DNA of 63,845 nt, the filler included, from Octopus bimaculoides (Eukaryota), in assembly GCF_001194135.2 (NCBI RefSeq). It is 7 parts of 7 records of this genome, joined end to end, with 100 filler letters (N's around TTAATTAATTAA, not from the genome) between each part and the next. Parts side by side here need not be neighbours in the genome. Positions count along the whole stretch, not along the records: positions 21,740 to 47,610 come from NC_068981.1; positions 47,711 to 50,791 come from NC_068983.1; 5 more parts are not named here. One strand, written 5' to 3'. The notes below the pieces were generated by a model. That model saw only the letters and a list, made by a program, of their open reading frames with translations. It did not search any database and was not told the origin of the DNA. Positions 36,788 through 50,453 of this stretch are shown piece after piece (position 1 is the stretch's first letter; each line of letters starts with the position of its first letter). Made by a program: the position numbers and the translations under genes.

Positions 36788-37917
36788 GATTGCCGGAGCA
36801 CTATTCTTCTGTTATGTGGGGGCAGTCTCCATTTTTTTTATTTGCTTTTGTTTTTGTTTTTGCGTTTTTTGCCTGTGAAAGAGGAGAATGTCTTCACTTT
36901 TTTCCACAATGAAACGCTTACAATTTGCAGTTGATGTACTTAAAATCTTTAAATATATGCATACATTCATACATATAAGGAGAGAGAGAGTGTGTGTAGG
37001 AAGGAAGAAGAGAGTAGAGAGACGGGAGAAAAGGGTTAGTCTGTATTTGTATCTGTGTTTAGGCTTTCGGTGTTATTTACGTTGTGTCCCTTTATGCTCT
37101 ATAACGTAGCACTTTGACAAAAGGATCGATAACAAAAAGTACCAGACTAACTAAAATCGATACTTGAAGGTGGTCCTCTGAAACCAGTAAGAGGGAGAGA
37201 GAGAGCGAGAAAAAGAGGCAGAGAGAGAGAGAGAGAGAGAGAGTGTTGTGTATCTATAAGTATGTATGTTTATATGCACGTATGCATGCGTACATGTATA
37301 TGCAAATGTATGTATATACGTATGTACACATACCTTAATAATATGTGTCAAATTTACAAAAGGACTCTTGGTTTTCATGCTAAAAGTTTGATAAATAGTT
37401 GTTGAACATATTTTGACATATCTCGTGAAAAGTGTGTTTTTTTATATATCAAAATGAACTTTCTTTTGTTGAGATGTCAATACTGAAGGAGGTTTATGTC
37501 TGTCATCAACATTATCATGTAAAGTGGCTCATTAACTCTCCTGTTTCTTGTTTTTATTTTTTACTTTACCTTTCAAAAGGTTTCTTTTTTTTTTGTTATT
37601 CTTTTCATTATTTTTGTTGCCTGTTTGTTAGTTATTTTTAAAAAATTTGATTTATATATCTAATCAAATATTCCAATATTAGTATTTTGGATTCACTTTT
37701 TGAACTCTTACACCTTATAGCTCGCAAAGGAGAAACATCGTAGATAAACGAGCTCCACTATGCATTATATGTCAGTGTAAAACACGCAAACTGTTTTCCC
37801 GATAAAGCCACTACAAAAAACAAAAACACTAAAATTTCTTTAAAAAAAAAACAAAAGGAAACTCTCTGTCTAAGAATTTACCGAGCCACAATTTTCAGGT
37901 ATTTATTATTCCTTCTT

Positions 37918-38137
37918 AAGAGGCAGCGAGATAGCAGAATCGTTTGGACGCCGGGCAAAATGTTTAACGGTATTTCGTCCGTCTTCACGTTCTGAGTTCA
38001 AATTCCACCGAGGTCGACTTTGTCTTTCATCCTTTCGGGATCGATGAAATAAGTACTAGTTGAGCATTAGGATCGATGTAATCGGCTTGCCCCCTCCCAC
38101 GAAATTGCTGGCCCCTGTGCCAAAATTTGAAACCTAT
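37918..38137 (+). mobile_element. SINE family B, full length
   Basis: GCAGAATCGTT..CGCCGGGCAAAATG..GAGTTCAAATTCCACCGAGGTCGAC..GTGCCAAAATTTGAAACC. Confidence 0.92.
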
Positions 38138-39825
38138 GTTATTCCTTCTTGTCTGAATTTTTTCTACTTTTCACCCATTTATGGATATTTGAAATTCGAA
38201 ATTCATAAATCCGTTGCTACTTTCACTTAAATTGAATTCTATATTTTCAGACAAGATGGCGAATTAACCCTTCTTATATTGGAACAGTTCATATTATATA
38301 GCCAGTGGTTTGTTGTTGTTATTATTCTAAGTAGTCGGCAGTACATAAACAACTGATGCTATGTAAGAGCCTGGGTTACTTAAAGTGAATTTAAAGTATA
38401 CATAAGCCGAATAATGTGCCTGGGTAATACGCCATATCAAAATATTATCTTCGTGAGAAAAATCAATAAACTCGTCTAATTATCCATTGAGTAACATATG
38501 CTGTAGAGTGCTATAGCTGTGCACGAGTTCTAAACCCCGTAAAGATGACTTATATCGTAATATGTGCTGCAACATTTATCTTCCGTCTAACTTGTGTAAA
38601 TCATAGAATTATATCCACATCAAGCATCTGTTTGTATTATGCGAATGTCATGTAGTAGTGAGCCCAAGAAGCTAAAGTAAATATTAAACTAGAAATAGAA
38701 AGAGAGATAGAGAATGAGAAGTGAAGGAGAGAGAAAGTTGGAGGGAGAGAGAGTGACAGAAAGAGAAAGAGGGGGAAAAGTAATGCGTAGATAAGATTAT
38801 TATACTTATGCACAGATATTAGCGAATAGGTCCCTTTATTGAGTGATATAGGCAATATTTGAATTCAGTTAAGATAAATTTGAATAAAGTTTCCATGAAA
38901 TAAATTGTGAAGAGGTATATAATTAGTTATATTGGCAATTTCAAATACACTAGGCAGTTATACGCACATTTTAATGTTATTTTTCGGTATAATATGTTAT
39001 TATTTATTAAATTCGTTCGTCTTAGATTCACTGTGCAGTGATGTAGAGATTTAATGAACAGTTTGTAAATGAAAGATGAAAGATTTAGATACATATTAAC
39101 AACGTATACTGTTGAAAAATAGTAAATCAAAACGAATTATGATACTGTATGTGCATATTTTAAATGGCCAATATTACTCTTCTCTGAAGCAACTGTTTTA
39201 GTATCCAGTTAAATCGTCTAACAGACGAATACAACAAACGAATCTATGAAATAAAATCCAGCAAAATATATAGTGAAATCACTGAAAGTGTGAGTAATGT
39301 CTCATTATCAGCGACATAACATTTTATTTTAACATTGCTATAGTTTTATTATTCTAGACATATGAAATAGTAATTCAAATTAGAAGTCATTAATGCGGTT
39401 CTGAACGTATTCTCGGCCTTTATAACACGAGGGATAATTACCGTAGAATTGTCACAACATAACGTGCGTTGGAATTGAAAGATTTATTTTTATCCAAGTT
39501 GAATTTCTTAGATTTGAACTTACAAAACATTGTTTGTCGTTAGTTATATTCCGACATCGGATAGGTATAACATATTGTTTAAACGTAGCAATATTTGCCG
39601 TCTGAATATTTTCTGTAGCATTCCTTTGATAACATAGTATATATAGCAGAAATGTGAGAAAATTTCATATATTGAACTGAACCATAGTTCTATAAAGATA
39701 TATCTATAAAGAATATGTGTATGATTGTTTGAAAGGTTTCTCGTTGTTAAGAAATACTCAGAAATGCTCATCTAAATTAGTCGTCAGTTTAGAAATCCCA
39801 ATAATTCAATTAATTTTTTTCGTTT

Positions 39826-39960
39826 GTTCCAGTCATTAAACTGTAGCTCTGTTGGAGCACCGCCCTTGAGAACTTTTTGTCGAACAAATTGACCGCAGTA
39901 CTTTTTTCCCCCGCTGAAATACGGGGACATCAACAAACACAAAGACACACACACACACAC
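39826..39960 (-). mobile_element. SINE family A 3' part, diverged
   Basis: CAGTCATT..TGGAGCACCGCCCTTGA..GTCGAACAAATTGACC. Confidence 0.7.
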
Positions 39961-40469
39961 TTGACGTCCTGTACACACATATATATATGCAAGAATATAT
40001 ACATATATATGTAGGCATATACATGAATGTGTCTATATATGCATATATTTTATTCATATTATTATATGATCGAACGCCACGCATCCATTTCCAAGTAAGT
40101 TTTATCTTAATAATTCCGATGCGCACTCTACAACCTGTCTCTATTCTATCTCCCTCTCTTCATTTTCTTCCTTTCTTTTTTCTCTTCCAGCCTTTCTCTA
40201 ATTCTTCTCCTCTCCCCTTCACCGTCCCACCCCTCTCTCTCTCTCTCTCACTCTTCCTCCTTGACTCTGTCGTTGCTCACACGTGACCAACGGCTATCTA
40301 TCTTTCTTCCACTTCCTTCATAAAGACAAAACGTGCTTTTGCCTGTCTCTTCTCAAAGCTGGTTTTTCCAGCGTTCACAACTTCACCTCGTTATGGCTTA
40401 ACAGCCCTCACCGTCTGTTTTTACTGTTTTGTTCATACTGTCCTGCTTTTGTTACCACTTTAACCCTCC

Positions 40470-40720
40470 GCAAAAAATCCCAAATTTTATTTAATTTGCA
40501 TTGCGGGAAGGACTGTTTTAGCGAAGTCGCGTCTTGTCCCTACCTTCGAAACGTCGAGTAGATAAAACAGGGGACAACTGATGAAGGGATTGTTCTTTAC
40601 GTTGCCTGTCTCATTTCTCTATTTGTTTCTTTCGTTGTTCCAAAATAAGTTCGTTTGCATGCTTTTGTTTTTTATGTTCTCGTTTCTCATTTTGTTCATG
40701 TTTTTTGACGTCCTGTACCC
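40470..40720 (+). mobile_element. Dispersed repeat F (possibly Penelope-like terminus)
   Basis: Homologous to 12031-12210; contains CGAAACGTC and CTGATGA. Confidence 0.6.
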
Positions 40721-40731
40721 AAATATGCATG

Positions 40732-40840
<109 letters not shown>

Positions 40841-40974
40841 TCACTCACACACACACATATTATTTGTATTATATATGTATATATGTAAATATATATACAT
40901 GTACACACACACATGCACACCCACACACACACACACGCACACACACACATATATATATATATAACGAACTTCTT

Positions 40975-41128
40975 TTATTTTCCGTCAAGTAAATCCACTC
41001 ACAGTGATTTGGTTGATCTAGGGCTACATTAAAAGTCATCGGGCTGATGTGCCACGAAGTGGGACTGAACGTGGAACCCATATGGTTGGGAAACAAGTTT
41101 CTTATCACACACCTACACCTGCGCCCAT
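40975..41128 (-). mobile_element. SINE family A head
   Basis: AAATCCACTCAC..GTGGGACTGAAC..TGGTTGGGAAACAAG..CCTGCGCC. Confidence 0.8.
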
Positions 41129-41190
<62 letters not shown>

Positions 41191-42942
41191 CCATATACTT
41201 ATTTAGGACACTCAAATGTTGAGATGGTGACGCTCCTTAAAGAAAATTTTGGGGGTAAAATGGCTGCACTGTGTATGCTATCAGCACTGCAATGGATACT
41301 TGTCTGCAACAGTTGGTAGAGAAATTGACAGGAAAATTAAACCATTAAGATTATCAAGATTGCTTTATTTCAATTTTTTTCTTGCAAATCCAGAACATAT
41401 GACTTAAAAGATTCACTTTGCGAAGGATATATCTAAACTTACAGATATATTTAAATGAGTCATTGAGGATATATAATAATTTTTGTCTTCGTTTCATAGT
41501 AATAACTGCACGATATCTGAGAATATGTATCGCTTCATATGTACTGGGTGCAAATGCGTTGAATGTAGGCCAAAATAGAGCGCCTACACAAGTTCAAAAG
41601 ATTAACAATATTGCATTAATAAAATTCTATAGGATAATTTTGAAGTAATAAAACGAGTGATTTTACCAACTGTTAAAGAAAGCTGTGCTTGTTTAAACGG
41701 TCTTTGTATAAGATTTGAGACAGATGTAAGTCATTAAATATCCCGAGAGCTGTATGCTGCATATACTTGCTGTGTGTAGGTGCTATGTGTTTATGCTGTT
41801 TGTAAATGTTGATTTAATGATGCAAGTTTATATTATTAAATAGTAACACCCACACTATACTTTGATAAATACATACGTACATACATGCATACACACATAG
41901 AGACACACAGACATGTATATACACATACATACACATATATGTATGTATATATGGGCGTGTATGTATAATAGATAGCACAGAAAGAGAAGCAGAAGCAAAG
42001 AATAAAGATGGGAAGAAAAGCAGAATTAAAATGAAACATAAATGAAAGTAAAATGAAAGAGAGAGACTGCGAGAAAGAGTGTGATTGTGTGTACGTGAGA
42101 GGGAGAGAGAGAGAGAGAGAGAGAGAGTCTCTGTGTGTGTGTGTGTGTGTATGAGAGAGATAGAGAGAGACAGAGACACAGAGACACAGAGACACAGAGA
42201 GACAGAGACACAGAGAGACAGACAGAGAAAGATACAGAGATACAGACATACAGACAGTCAGGCAGTCAGGCTGTGAACACAAGAGAAACAGAAATTTTTA
42301 GACAAAACAGAACCCCATGACAGAATGACCACCTGGAGAGGGAGCGTAAAAATATCTTAAAATGAGAACTTGACAACCTAACCTTGCTTGACGGTAACAA
42401 AACAGACATTATACATTATAAGGAACAGACATATCGCGACGTTACTCACTTATAAACAAACTAACCCTATTCAAAATATTCCACCACCGTACCACCATTT
42501 GATTTTCCACACTAAACATTTTAATCATTCCTTCTATTTTTTCTTCATTCGTTCGATGCTTTCTTATTAGCATTTGCTCGTTATTTCCAAATCTCCGTCA
42601 CCCCTGTTATAACCCACTTGAACTCCCTTGAGGACCATGCGTTGTATTCATCGAACGATAGCCAATGATACAAAAAAATAAATGATATTCGACAGAAAAG
42701 CTCTAACGGCATTCGGTTTGTTCCGTCATCAGTTAGACGAATCACTAGAGATCCGGATAAAACAATTTGCTGTATTTGTTCCGGCTGTTTTGCTTTCTGA
42801 GTTCGCATTGCGCCCATGTCCACTTTGCTTTTAGTCTCTCCAGGGTCCTCGAAATGAAGTACCAGTGAAGCAATGAGGACGTTGGTATCGACTAACCCTT
42901 CACGCAAGATTGCTTTCTTTGTACTTTGATTAAAGACAATTT

Positions 42943-42982
<40 letters not shown>

Positions 42983-43693
42983 GCTGCTGATGATGATGAT
43001 GATGATGATGATGATGTTGATGGTGGTGGTGGTGGTGGTNNNNNNNNNNNNNNNNNNNNNNNNNNNNNNNNNNNNNNNNNNNNNNNNNNNNNNNNNNNNN
43101 NNNNNNNNNNNNNNNNNNNNNNNNNNNNNNNNNNNNNNNNNNNNNNNNNNNNNNNNNNNNNNNNNNNNNNNNNNNNNNNNNNNNNNNNNNNNNNNNNNNN
43201 NNNNNNNNNNNNNNNNNNNNNNNNNNNNNNNNNNNNNNNNNNNNNNNNNNNNNNNNNNNNNNNNNNNNNNNNNNNNNNNNNNNNNNNNNNNNNNNNNNNN
43301 NNNNNNNNNNNNNNNNNNNNNNNNNNNNNNNNNNNNNNNNNNNNNNNNNNNNNNNNNNNNNNNNNNNNNNNNNNNNNNNNNNNNNNNNNNNNNNNNNNNN
43401 NNNNNNNNNNNNNNNNNNNNNNNNGGGGAGGGGGAGGGGGAGGAGGAGACTGCTGCTGTCTTTGGCCCTGATTCTTTTATAAGTGTAGTATTCCATTTTG
43501 GGTGTCACCTGACGTTTGGGAAATGTTGGCAGTTCTTAGAGACACAAGTATTCTCTGGCTCCGAAGAGCAAAACCAGTTTGTGTGAAGCCGGTTTTGCTA
43601 TCTTAGAGATGTGCGTTCTCAAGTAGAAATCCTAAGTTACGGTGAGATGGCCTTTGATGGATGTAATCTTAATATTTCAATTTTTGTGTTACT

Positions 43694-44100
43694 CTTTTAT
43701 TCTTTTACTTGTTTCAGTCATTTCACTGTGGCCATGCTGGAGCACCACCTTTAGTCGAGCAAATCGACCCCAGGACTTATTCTTTGTAAACCTGGTACTT
43801 ATTCTATCGGTCTCTTTTGCCGAATCGCTATGTTACGGGGACGTAAACGCACCAGCATCGGTTGTCAAGCGATGATGGGGGGACAAACACGGACATACAA
43901 ACATATGCACACACAAATACGTACATATATATACATATATACGACGGGCTTCTTTCAGTTTCCGACTACCAAATCCACTCACAAGGCTTTGGTCGGCCCG
44001 AGGCTATAGTAGAAGACACTTGCCCAAGGTGCCACGCAGTGGAACTGAACCCGGAACCATGTGGTTGGTAAGCAAGCTACTTACCACACAGCCACTCCTA
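43694..44100 (-). mobile_element. SINE family A, full length, well preserved
   Basis: Complete 3' end, microsatellite slot and tRNA-like head to CACAGCCACTCCTA. Confidence 0.95.
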
Positions 44101-44583
44101 CGCGTTGTTTATGTTTATGTGGTAAGAGATTCAATACTTTCATAACGTGTAGTGATTGTTTTGTTTTATTTTTAATTTGCCGGTGAAGGAAAAAAATATT
44201 GGTGTAACTCCATTGGAAGACGTCTTCGAAGTTTCCCTTTATTCTTCCAAAGATTTAGTGCAAGATATCTATGGCGCTTGGGTACGGAAATTTAAGTAGG
44301 AATGAAGGTTAATATCTTCTGCGTAAGACGTGACGGCATATAGTTAATTGATCAATAAAAGGGAGAGTTTGAGAGGACAAAATTAAAACCTGGCATACAC
44401 CAGAAACCTATTATAGAGGGAACTCCATCTTTATAGATTCGATATTTCGGTCTAGAGCCGATAAATGGATGGGGTTCGGTAAGGGCAACTGTTTGACGGG
44501 ATATTTCTTCGATAATATTCTCAGTTCGTTGAAAATTATTTCTTTTTTTTCTTTTATGTTCATTCTTAAACCCACTGACTTAC

Positions 44584-44647
44584 TCCTGCATGCAGTTATT
44601 CGATCATAATATGAACTTGGAACAGATATCCTGGCAGGGAACTTCGC
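44584..44647 (-). CDS. Candidate 64-nt coding exon (AKFPARISVPSSYYDRITACR)
   Basis: Acceptor ttcctgttttatacctaag|, donor GGA|gtaagt, open in phase 0. Confidence 0.25.
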
Positions 44648-45931
44648 CTTAGGTATAAAACAGGAATTACAGATTTTCCTATGATATCCATCACTAATTT
44701 GAAATGTCAAGAGTAAAATGAACCTCTTATAAATGGGAAACGAAACTGGATAACAAACGCTTCAATTTGTATAGGACTGCAACAAACGTCAGAATTTGTA
44801 TAGGGTGGAGACTATGACATTCAAACACTTTCCAAAGATGTTAGTAACACAAATGATGTAGCTTGAATCGACTGATTTAGAAGGTGGCGTAGTTTCACAT
44901 TTAAGGTTAACGTCCTCTTCCTCTGTAGCTTGGACTATTTTCTCGGTGTCTTTTTTATTTTGTGTGTGGATGGTCTGTTTATATGTACCTGTGATTATAG
45001 CGGTCTAAAAACTGTTGCTTTTTGTCCTTTTATGATCAAATCTTAACGGTTCGCTGAGAGGAAGTAGCTAAAATGGCTACCAAAGTGAAAGAAATGGATT
45101 CTATATGATTGATTAAACTCTTAAAAGTGGGGCACTAGAATGACTGCTGACCAATTATTGAAATTAGTGAAAGTATAAAAGTATATGTGGAATGATTTTC
45201 ACACGGTTATATGCATGTCTAGATTCGCTGACACGCACATATCTTTCTTTAGATTTAGCCACGTGTTTATGGCTATCGCTATCGAAATGTGGGTCTGGCA
45301 AGAAAACGTCAAGGAGTGATGCGATCTATAACGAAAGGAACAGCATAGCTACAGTAACAATACTTGATTCTATAGATAAAACGAAAACATTTTCTAACTT
45401 TTACTATAAACTCACAGCGTGTCATTCTTACTGTCAAATATGTAACAACTAACATAAGACATTTGTTGTTAATTTCTTTTTAAATATCATAGAAATAAAT
45501 TGAATCTAAATGTAAGGACACCTTTCTTTTCTGGAAGGTCTTGGACATCATTTTAGTTACAGGCAGCGAGACGAATTTATCACCACCTAGAGAGATCTAA
45601 TTAGGTGTTTCACTTGAGGAGCCAGACACACGTTTAGACAACGATTATCCAGCATAGTCATAAACATGTGATTTAACCTAGCACGGTGTGTGTCCAAGAA
45701 TCGAGGTGTGTGTATGTCACCGTGTGAAAATCATTTTGTATATACTTTTATATATACAGTTATTTCGGTAATTGGGTTGCGATCATGCTGGGACCTCGCC
45801 TTCGTGGGCTTAGTCAGTCCTATAGATACAAGTTCTTTCGTTTTCGTAAATATTTTATCCACTCCATCATCGAACCTGTTGGTTTGGAGACATAAAGAGA
45901 CACATCATAAACAACACTAGAGCAGACTTAC

Positions 45932-46085
45932 CCGTGTCGTTAAGAAGTTCGCTTCGCAAGCACTTTGTTCTGATTGCAACCCCGGTGCCTGATAGTGGTT
46001 GTGTATGTGTAGAGGGAGTGCAAGGGTGTCTGCTTCTGATAGCATCGTGCGATTGTTGTCTGCCACCAGCCCTTCATTGCATTCT
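45932..46085 (-). CDS. Candidate 154-nt coding exon (ECNEGLVADNNRT..CEANFLTTR)
   Basis: Acceptor aaatcatgtcag| (weak), donor CGG|gtaagtc. Open phase 2 to 0, in frame with 44584-44647. GC-richer island. Confidence 0.28.
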
Positions 46086-46266
46086 CTGACATGATTTAAA
46101 TAAACAACTTTGCACTGATATTTCACTGCTTCACAGAGATTACCTGATATATTTTCAATGATCGACACAAGTGAAAATGATTGCATTCACCAAATTACTA
46201 TTAATAAACTTATCCAAATTTTACATATTAGCTATTTTGATATTTTATCATAGTAATTAAAACTGG

Positions 46267-46477
46267 TTTCCAACTGTGACACAAGTCCAATACTTTACGG
46301 GTAGGAGGTAATCGATTACATCGACCCCAGTGCTCAACTAGTACTTTATTTTATCAAACTCGAAAGGATAAGGGGTAAAGTTGTCCTCGGCAGAATTTGA
46401 ACTCAGCTGCAATGACGGACGAAATGTCGCTAAGCATTTTGCCCGGCGAGCTACCGATTCTGCCAGCTCACCGCCTT
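46267..46477 (-). mobile_element. SINE family B
   Basis: CGGCAGAATTTGAACTCAG..CGCTAAGCATTTTGCCCGGCG..GATTCTGCCAGCTCACCGCCTT. Confidence 0.88.
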
Positions 46478-47111
46478 AGTCACAGTAATTCATATTGATA
46501 TCAGTATATAGCAGAAGACTGCCCAAATGCGTTATCATAATGGTAACATTGATACACCAGTAGTTCGTGCTCGTACGAAGAAATATAAGATTCGTAATAA
46601 ACCGCTTAATTTAAGGGCGATAACCTACAGTTTTATTATAAATTTTGCAGAAATATTATATTAATAAAAACCACTCAACTTCACTTGATAGTATTTCTGT
46701 TGTCAGAGAATCCTTAGAAAGACAACAGAATTGAATTTGAATTTCACTTGATATACAAAGTAGTGATGTGAGTCGTTTTGTTGAACATTTGTTATACAAA
46801 TACACATACAGCAGAAACTCAAACATTACTCGATATTAAGAAAACAAATTAATTTATTGATGCTGAAATCTACAATGTGTTCGTAATTTGGAACGCCTTG
46901 GTGTGGAAGAGGCAATGAAGAAAGGAAGTGCGGTGTTAAATGTCATTAAACAACTACTATGATGGAATAAAATGAAGTAACACAATGCAAAAGATTATAA
47001 ATGAATTAACAGAATATCAGAAAGAAATTCAAGGTTGGGTATAAAACAATGAGAACTTTCAGTTGCATTTTTGAGGATGTTTCACTAAACAGAAATATAG
47101 CGCAGAGCAAT

Positions 47112-47148
<37 letters not shown>

Positions 47149-47710
47149 CAAGTCTGTCTGAACAAAACTGATCATATCAGGCTACATCGGAATATTTTCT
47201 CTAGATTGTTATAACTAAAATATTTTAGATCTAAAACGTAGTTACTACTTGACTAAATTGGTGTATTTAGTGCTGTGCTATATTCAACGTTCATTTAATG
47301 TACTTTTCTTCTGGCAAAATCATTTCATTCTTTTACGTTACTGTCGTTTGACACAAATTGCAACAATACAATCATTTGACTATTTCTATTAGTTTCAAGT
47401 GACACATACACACACTCATGCAAATGCACTTACACCCGCAATTACATATGCATGTGTGGTGTGTGTGTGTATGTGTGTGTAAGTATGTATATATATATTT
47501 ATATGTACATATATATATACATACATATACATACACAAATATATATGTATGTATGTATCTATCTATCTATCTATGTATCTATGTATCTCTCTCTCTCTCT
47601 CTCTCTCTCTNNNNNNNNNNNNNNNNNNNNNNNNNNNNNNNNNNNNNNNNNNNNTTAATTAATTAANNNNNNNNNNNNNNNNNNNNNNNNNNNNNNNNNN
47701 NNNNNNNNNN

Positions 47711-47997
47711 AGTTCCAGTGATGGATTGGATCTGTAGTCTTCGAATTTTCTCCTTTCTGGTTTTGAGAAGCCTAATTTCTCTCGATTGGTATTTTGGCAG
47801 TATGTTAATATCCCTGGGCTACAGGTATAAACCTGAATTTGTAATCTGGATAGAGTAACTGCAGATTTCTCAATAGTTCGGCGTAGGTATTATCTTTAAC
47901 ATCCGCTGGGCATCTAATTTCCACAGCTGTACAGTTTCTCTTCTCTATCCCTAATCATTATATCAGGTCTGTTGTGCTTACATTTTATTGAGGTCTT
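47711..47997 (-). mobile_element. REL-endonuclease retrotransposon C-terminal fragment
   Basis: Frameshifted translation NVPVKTSIKCKHNRPDIMIRD..AVEIRCPADV..YAELLRNLQLLYPDYKFRFIPV: PD..E motif of R2-group endonucleases. Confidence 0.75.
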
Positions 47998-48675
47998 CAC
48001 TGGGACATTGCACTAGTAATCCTTTTTATTATGAGTGGCTATGTATGTATGTATGTATGTATGTATGTATGTATGCGTTTAATTCTATCCAAACAAATAC
48101 TGTTTTCTTATATTTAAAACACTTGAAAACTATAGTAAAAAAATTTTTCATTTTTGATTGTCAAAATATACAAAAGTTTGGGAGAATATATTACAATTTT
48201 CGTTTAAATATTCTTACTATTTCTCTCAAACAAGTGACTGCGTGTATGTGCCTTGTTATAAGCGTGTATATGCTTACATGTGTGTGTGTGTGCGTACGCG
48301 CGCGCGCGCGTGTGTACACATGTACGTTTTATTATCAGCCGACATAGCCAGACACAAATGGAACGACCAGACGATATTAAATAAATTGCGCTTACTTCAT
48401 CATATACTCTTTACACGTCTACTTTGTTTCAAACCCATTCCGATCACATTTACGACAAAAATAATACAATATGATATGATACGATGTATATATAGACAAC
48501 TATTTCTTTCCCATTCGCAAGAATAATGAAAGTAGAAACAGCGTATATTTTTATTGTTCCAAATTTTTCAAGCCTTTTAGTTTATATTTCATACGCTTTT
48601 ATTCCGTCTATCGTCGAGAACATTCATTGAAGTTTGAAAAATCTAAAGCATTATAACTGTTAGTCTACCTTCTAT

Positions 48676-49427
48676 TCTTTTTATCTTTTACTTGTTTCAG
48701 TCATTCGACTGCGGCCATGCTGGGGCACCGTCTCGAATAAATCGGTTTATCCTTTTCAGCCTGGTACTTATTCTATCGGAGGTGCAATGGCCCAGTGGTT
48801 AGGGCAGCGGACTCGCTGTCATAGGATCGCGGTTTCGATTCTCAGACCAGGCGTTGTAAATGTTTATTGAGCGAAAACACCTAAAGCTCCACGAGGCTCT
48901 GGCAGGGGATGGTGGCGAACCCTGCTGTACTCTTTCACCACAACTTTCTTCCTGTTTCTGTTGTGCCTGTAGTTCAAAGGGTCAGCCTTGTCACACTGTG
49001 TCACGCTGAATATCCCCAAGAACTACGTTAAGGGTACACGTGTCTGTGGAGTGCTCAGCCACTTGCACGTTAATTTCACGAGCATGCTGTTCCGTTGATC
49101 GGATCAACTGGAACCCTCGACGTCGTAAGCGATGGAGTGCCAACAACAACATTATTCTATCATTTTCTGTTGCTCAACTGCTAAGTTATGGAGACGTAAA
49201 CCCACTGACACCGGTTGTCAAGCGGAAGAGGAGGACAAACACAAAGACATACACACACACACATATGTATATAGGTATGTATACGACGGGCTTCGTTCAG
49301 TTTCCAAATCCAATCACAAGGCTGTAGACATTCGAGGCCATAATAGAGGTCACTTATCCAAGTGGGACTGAAACCGGAACCATTTGGCTGGGAAGCAAGC
49401 TTCTTAACTACAAAGATGCCTGCGCCT
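48676..49427 (-). mobile_element. SINE family A interrupted by family C
   Basis: Family-A 3' half ends at ..TACTTATTCTATC (48777) and resumes after 49161 through slot and head. Confidence 0.85.
48778..49151 (+). mobile_element. SINE family C with 10-bp TSD
   Basis: TTATTCTATC at 48768-48777 and 49152-49161; (CAA)n tail; A/B boxes. Confidence 0.93.
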
Positions 49428-49435
49428 TTTCACAT

Positions 49436-49832
49436 TTTTAATTGTTTTAGTCATTGGACTGCTGCCATACTGGAGCACCAACTTAAAGAGTTTTTATAGT
49501 GGAACAAATGAAACCCTGTAGTTTCTTTGGTCCTAGTACTTATCGTATGGCCCTTTTTTACCGATTCACTAGTTTATGTGGACGTAAACAAATGGGTTGG
49601 GGAGCTGTAAGAGGGACGAACACGGATACAAAGACATATACAACACCATCCACCCATGCAAATACACACGCATACTCTCACCCATATATACACAGAATAG
49701 GATTCCACATAGTTTCTACCGAATTCACTTACAACACCATGGTAGGGACTGAGGTTTATAGAAGGTACCGCACAGCAGAACTGAACCAGAAACAATTTGG
49801 TTAAAAAGCGAGCTCCTTAACCACACAGCTAT
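49436..49832 (-). mobile_element. SINE family A, diverged
   Basis: AGTCATTGGACTGCTGCCATACTGGAGCACC..TTAACCACACAGC. Confidence 0.75.
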
Positions 49833-49893
49833 GCAAATGGCAGCCATTAATATGTCTTCGCTACACACACAAACATACATAGACATACATTCG

Positions 49894-50258
49894 TGGCACT
49901 CCGTTGGTTACGACGACGAGGGTTCCAGTTGATGCTATCAAACGGAACAGCCTACTCGTAAAATCAATGTGCAAGTGGCTGAGCACTCCACAGACACATG
50001 TACCCTTAACACAGTTCTCGGGGAGGTTCAGCGTAACACAAAGTGTGACAAGGCTGGCCCTTTGAAATACAGGAAGAAAGAATGAGAGAAAGTTGTGGTG
50101 ACAGAGTACAGCAGGGTATGCCACCATCCCCTGCCGGAGCCTCGTGGAGCGTTTAGGCGTTTTTGCTCAATAAACACTTACAACGCCCGGTCTGGGAATC
50201 GAAACCGAGATCCTATGACTGCGAGTCCGCCGTTCTAACCACTGGGCCATTGCGCCTC
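49894..50258 (-). mobile_element. SINE family C
   Basis: TGGCACTCCGTTGGTTACGACG..CTAACCACTGGGCCATTGCGCCTC. Confidence 0.92.
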
Positions 50259-50397
50259 TACATATTCATACACATACATACGCATACACACACATAGGAA
50301 TAATAGGACAAAAGTATAAAAAAAGTCAAATATCAGATATTAAAGCGGTATATAACGTGTGTGTGTATCTGCACGCGTGTGTGTAATAATGTATGTT

Positions 50398-50453
<56 letters not shown>

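Noticed and set aside
41500-41648. ITARYLRI resembling the F5/8 type C (discoidin) C-terminal motif after a good acceptor
   Set aside because: The following W..C/LR.ELYGC signature is missing, there is no convincing donor, and no upstream domain exon was found.
42700-42745. Minus-strand CTGATGA-CGG..CCG hammerhead-like string
   Set aside because: GAAA and the cleavage triplet are not properly present, and the sequence aligns with degraded SINE B.
48292-48312. (CG)n Z-DNA-prone tract
   Set aside because: Short and embedded in an ordinary (TG)n microsatellite; nothing suggests function.
48778-48855. tRNA gene (also heads at 10200, 22500, 50190, 62822)
   Set aside because: A/B boxes run straight into SINE bodies, with no complete acceptor stem or poly-T terminator.
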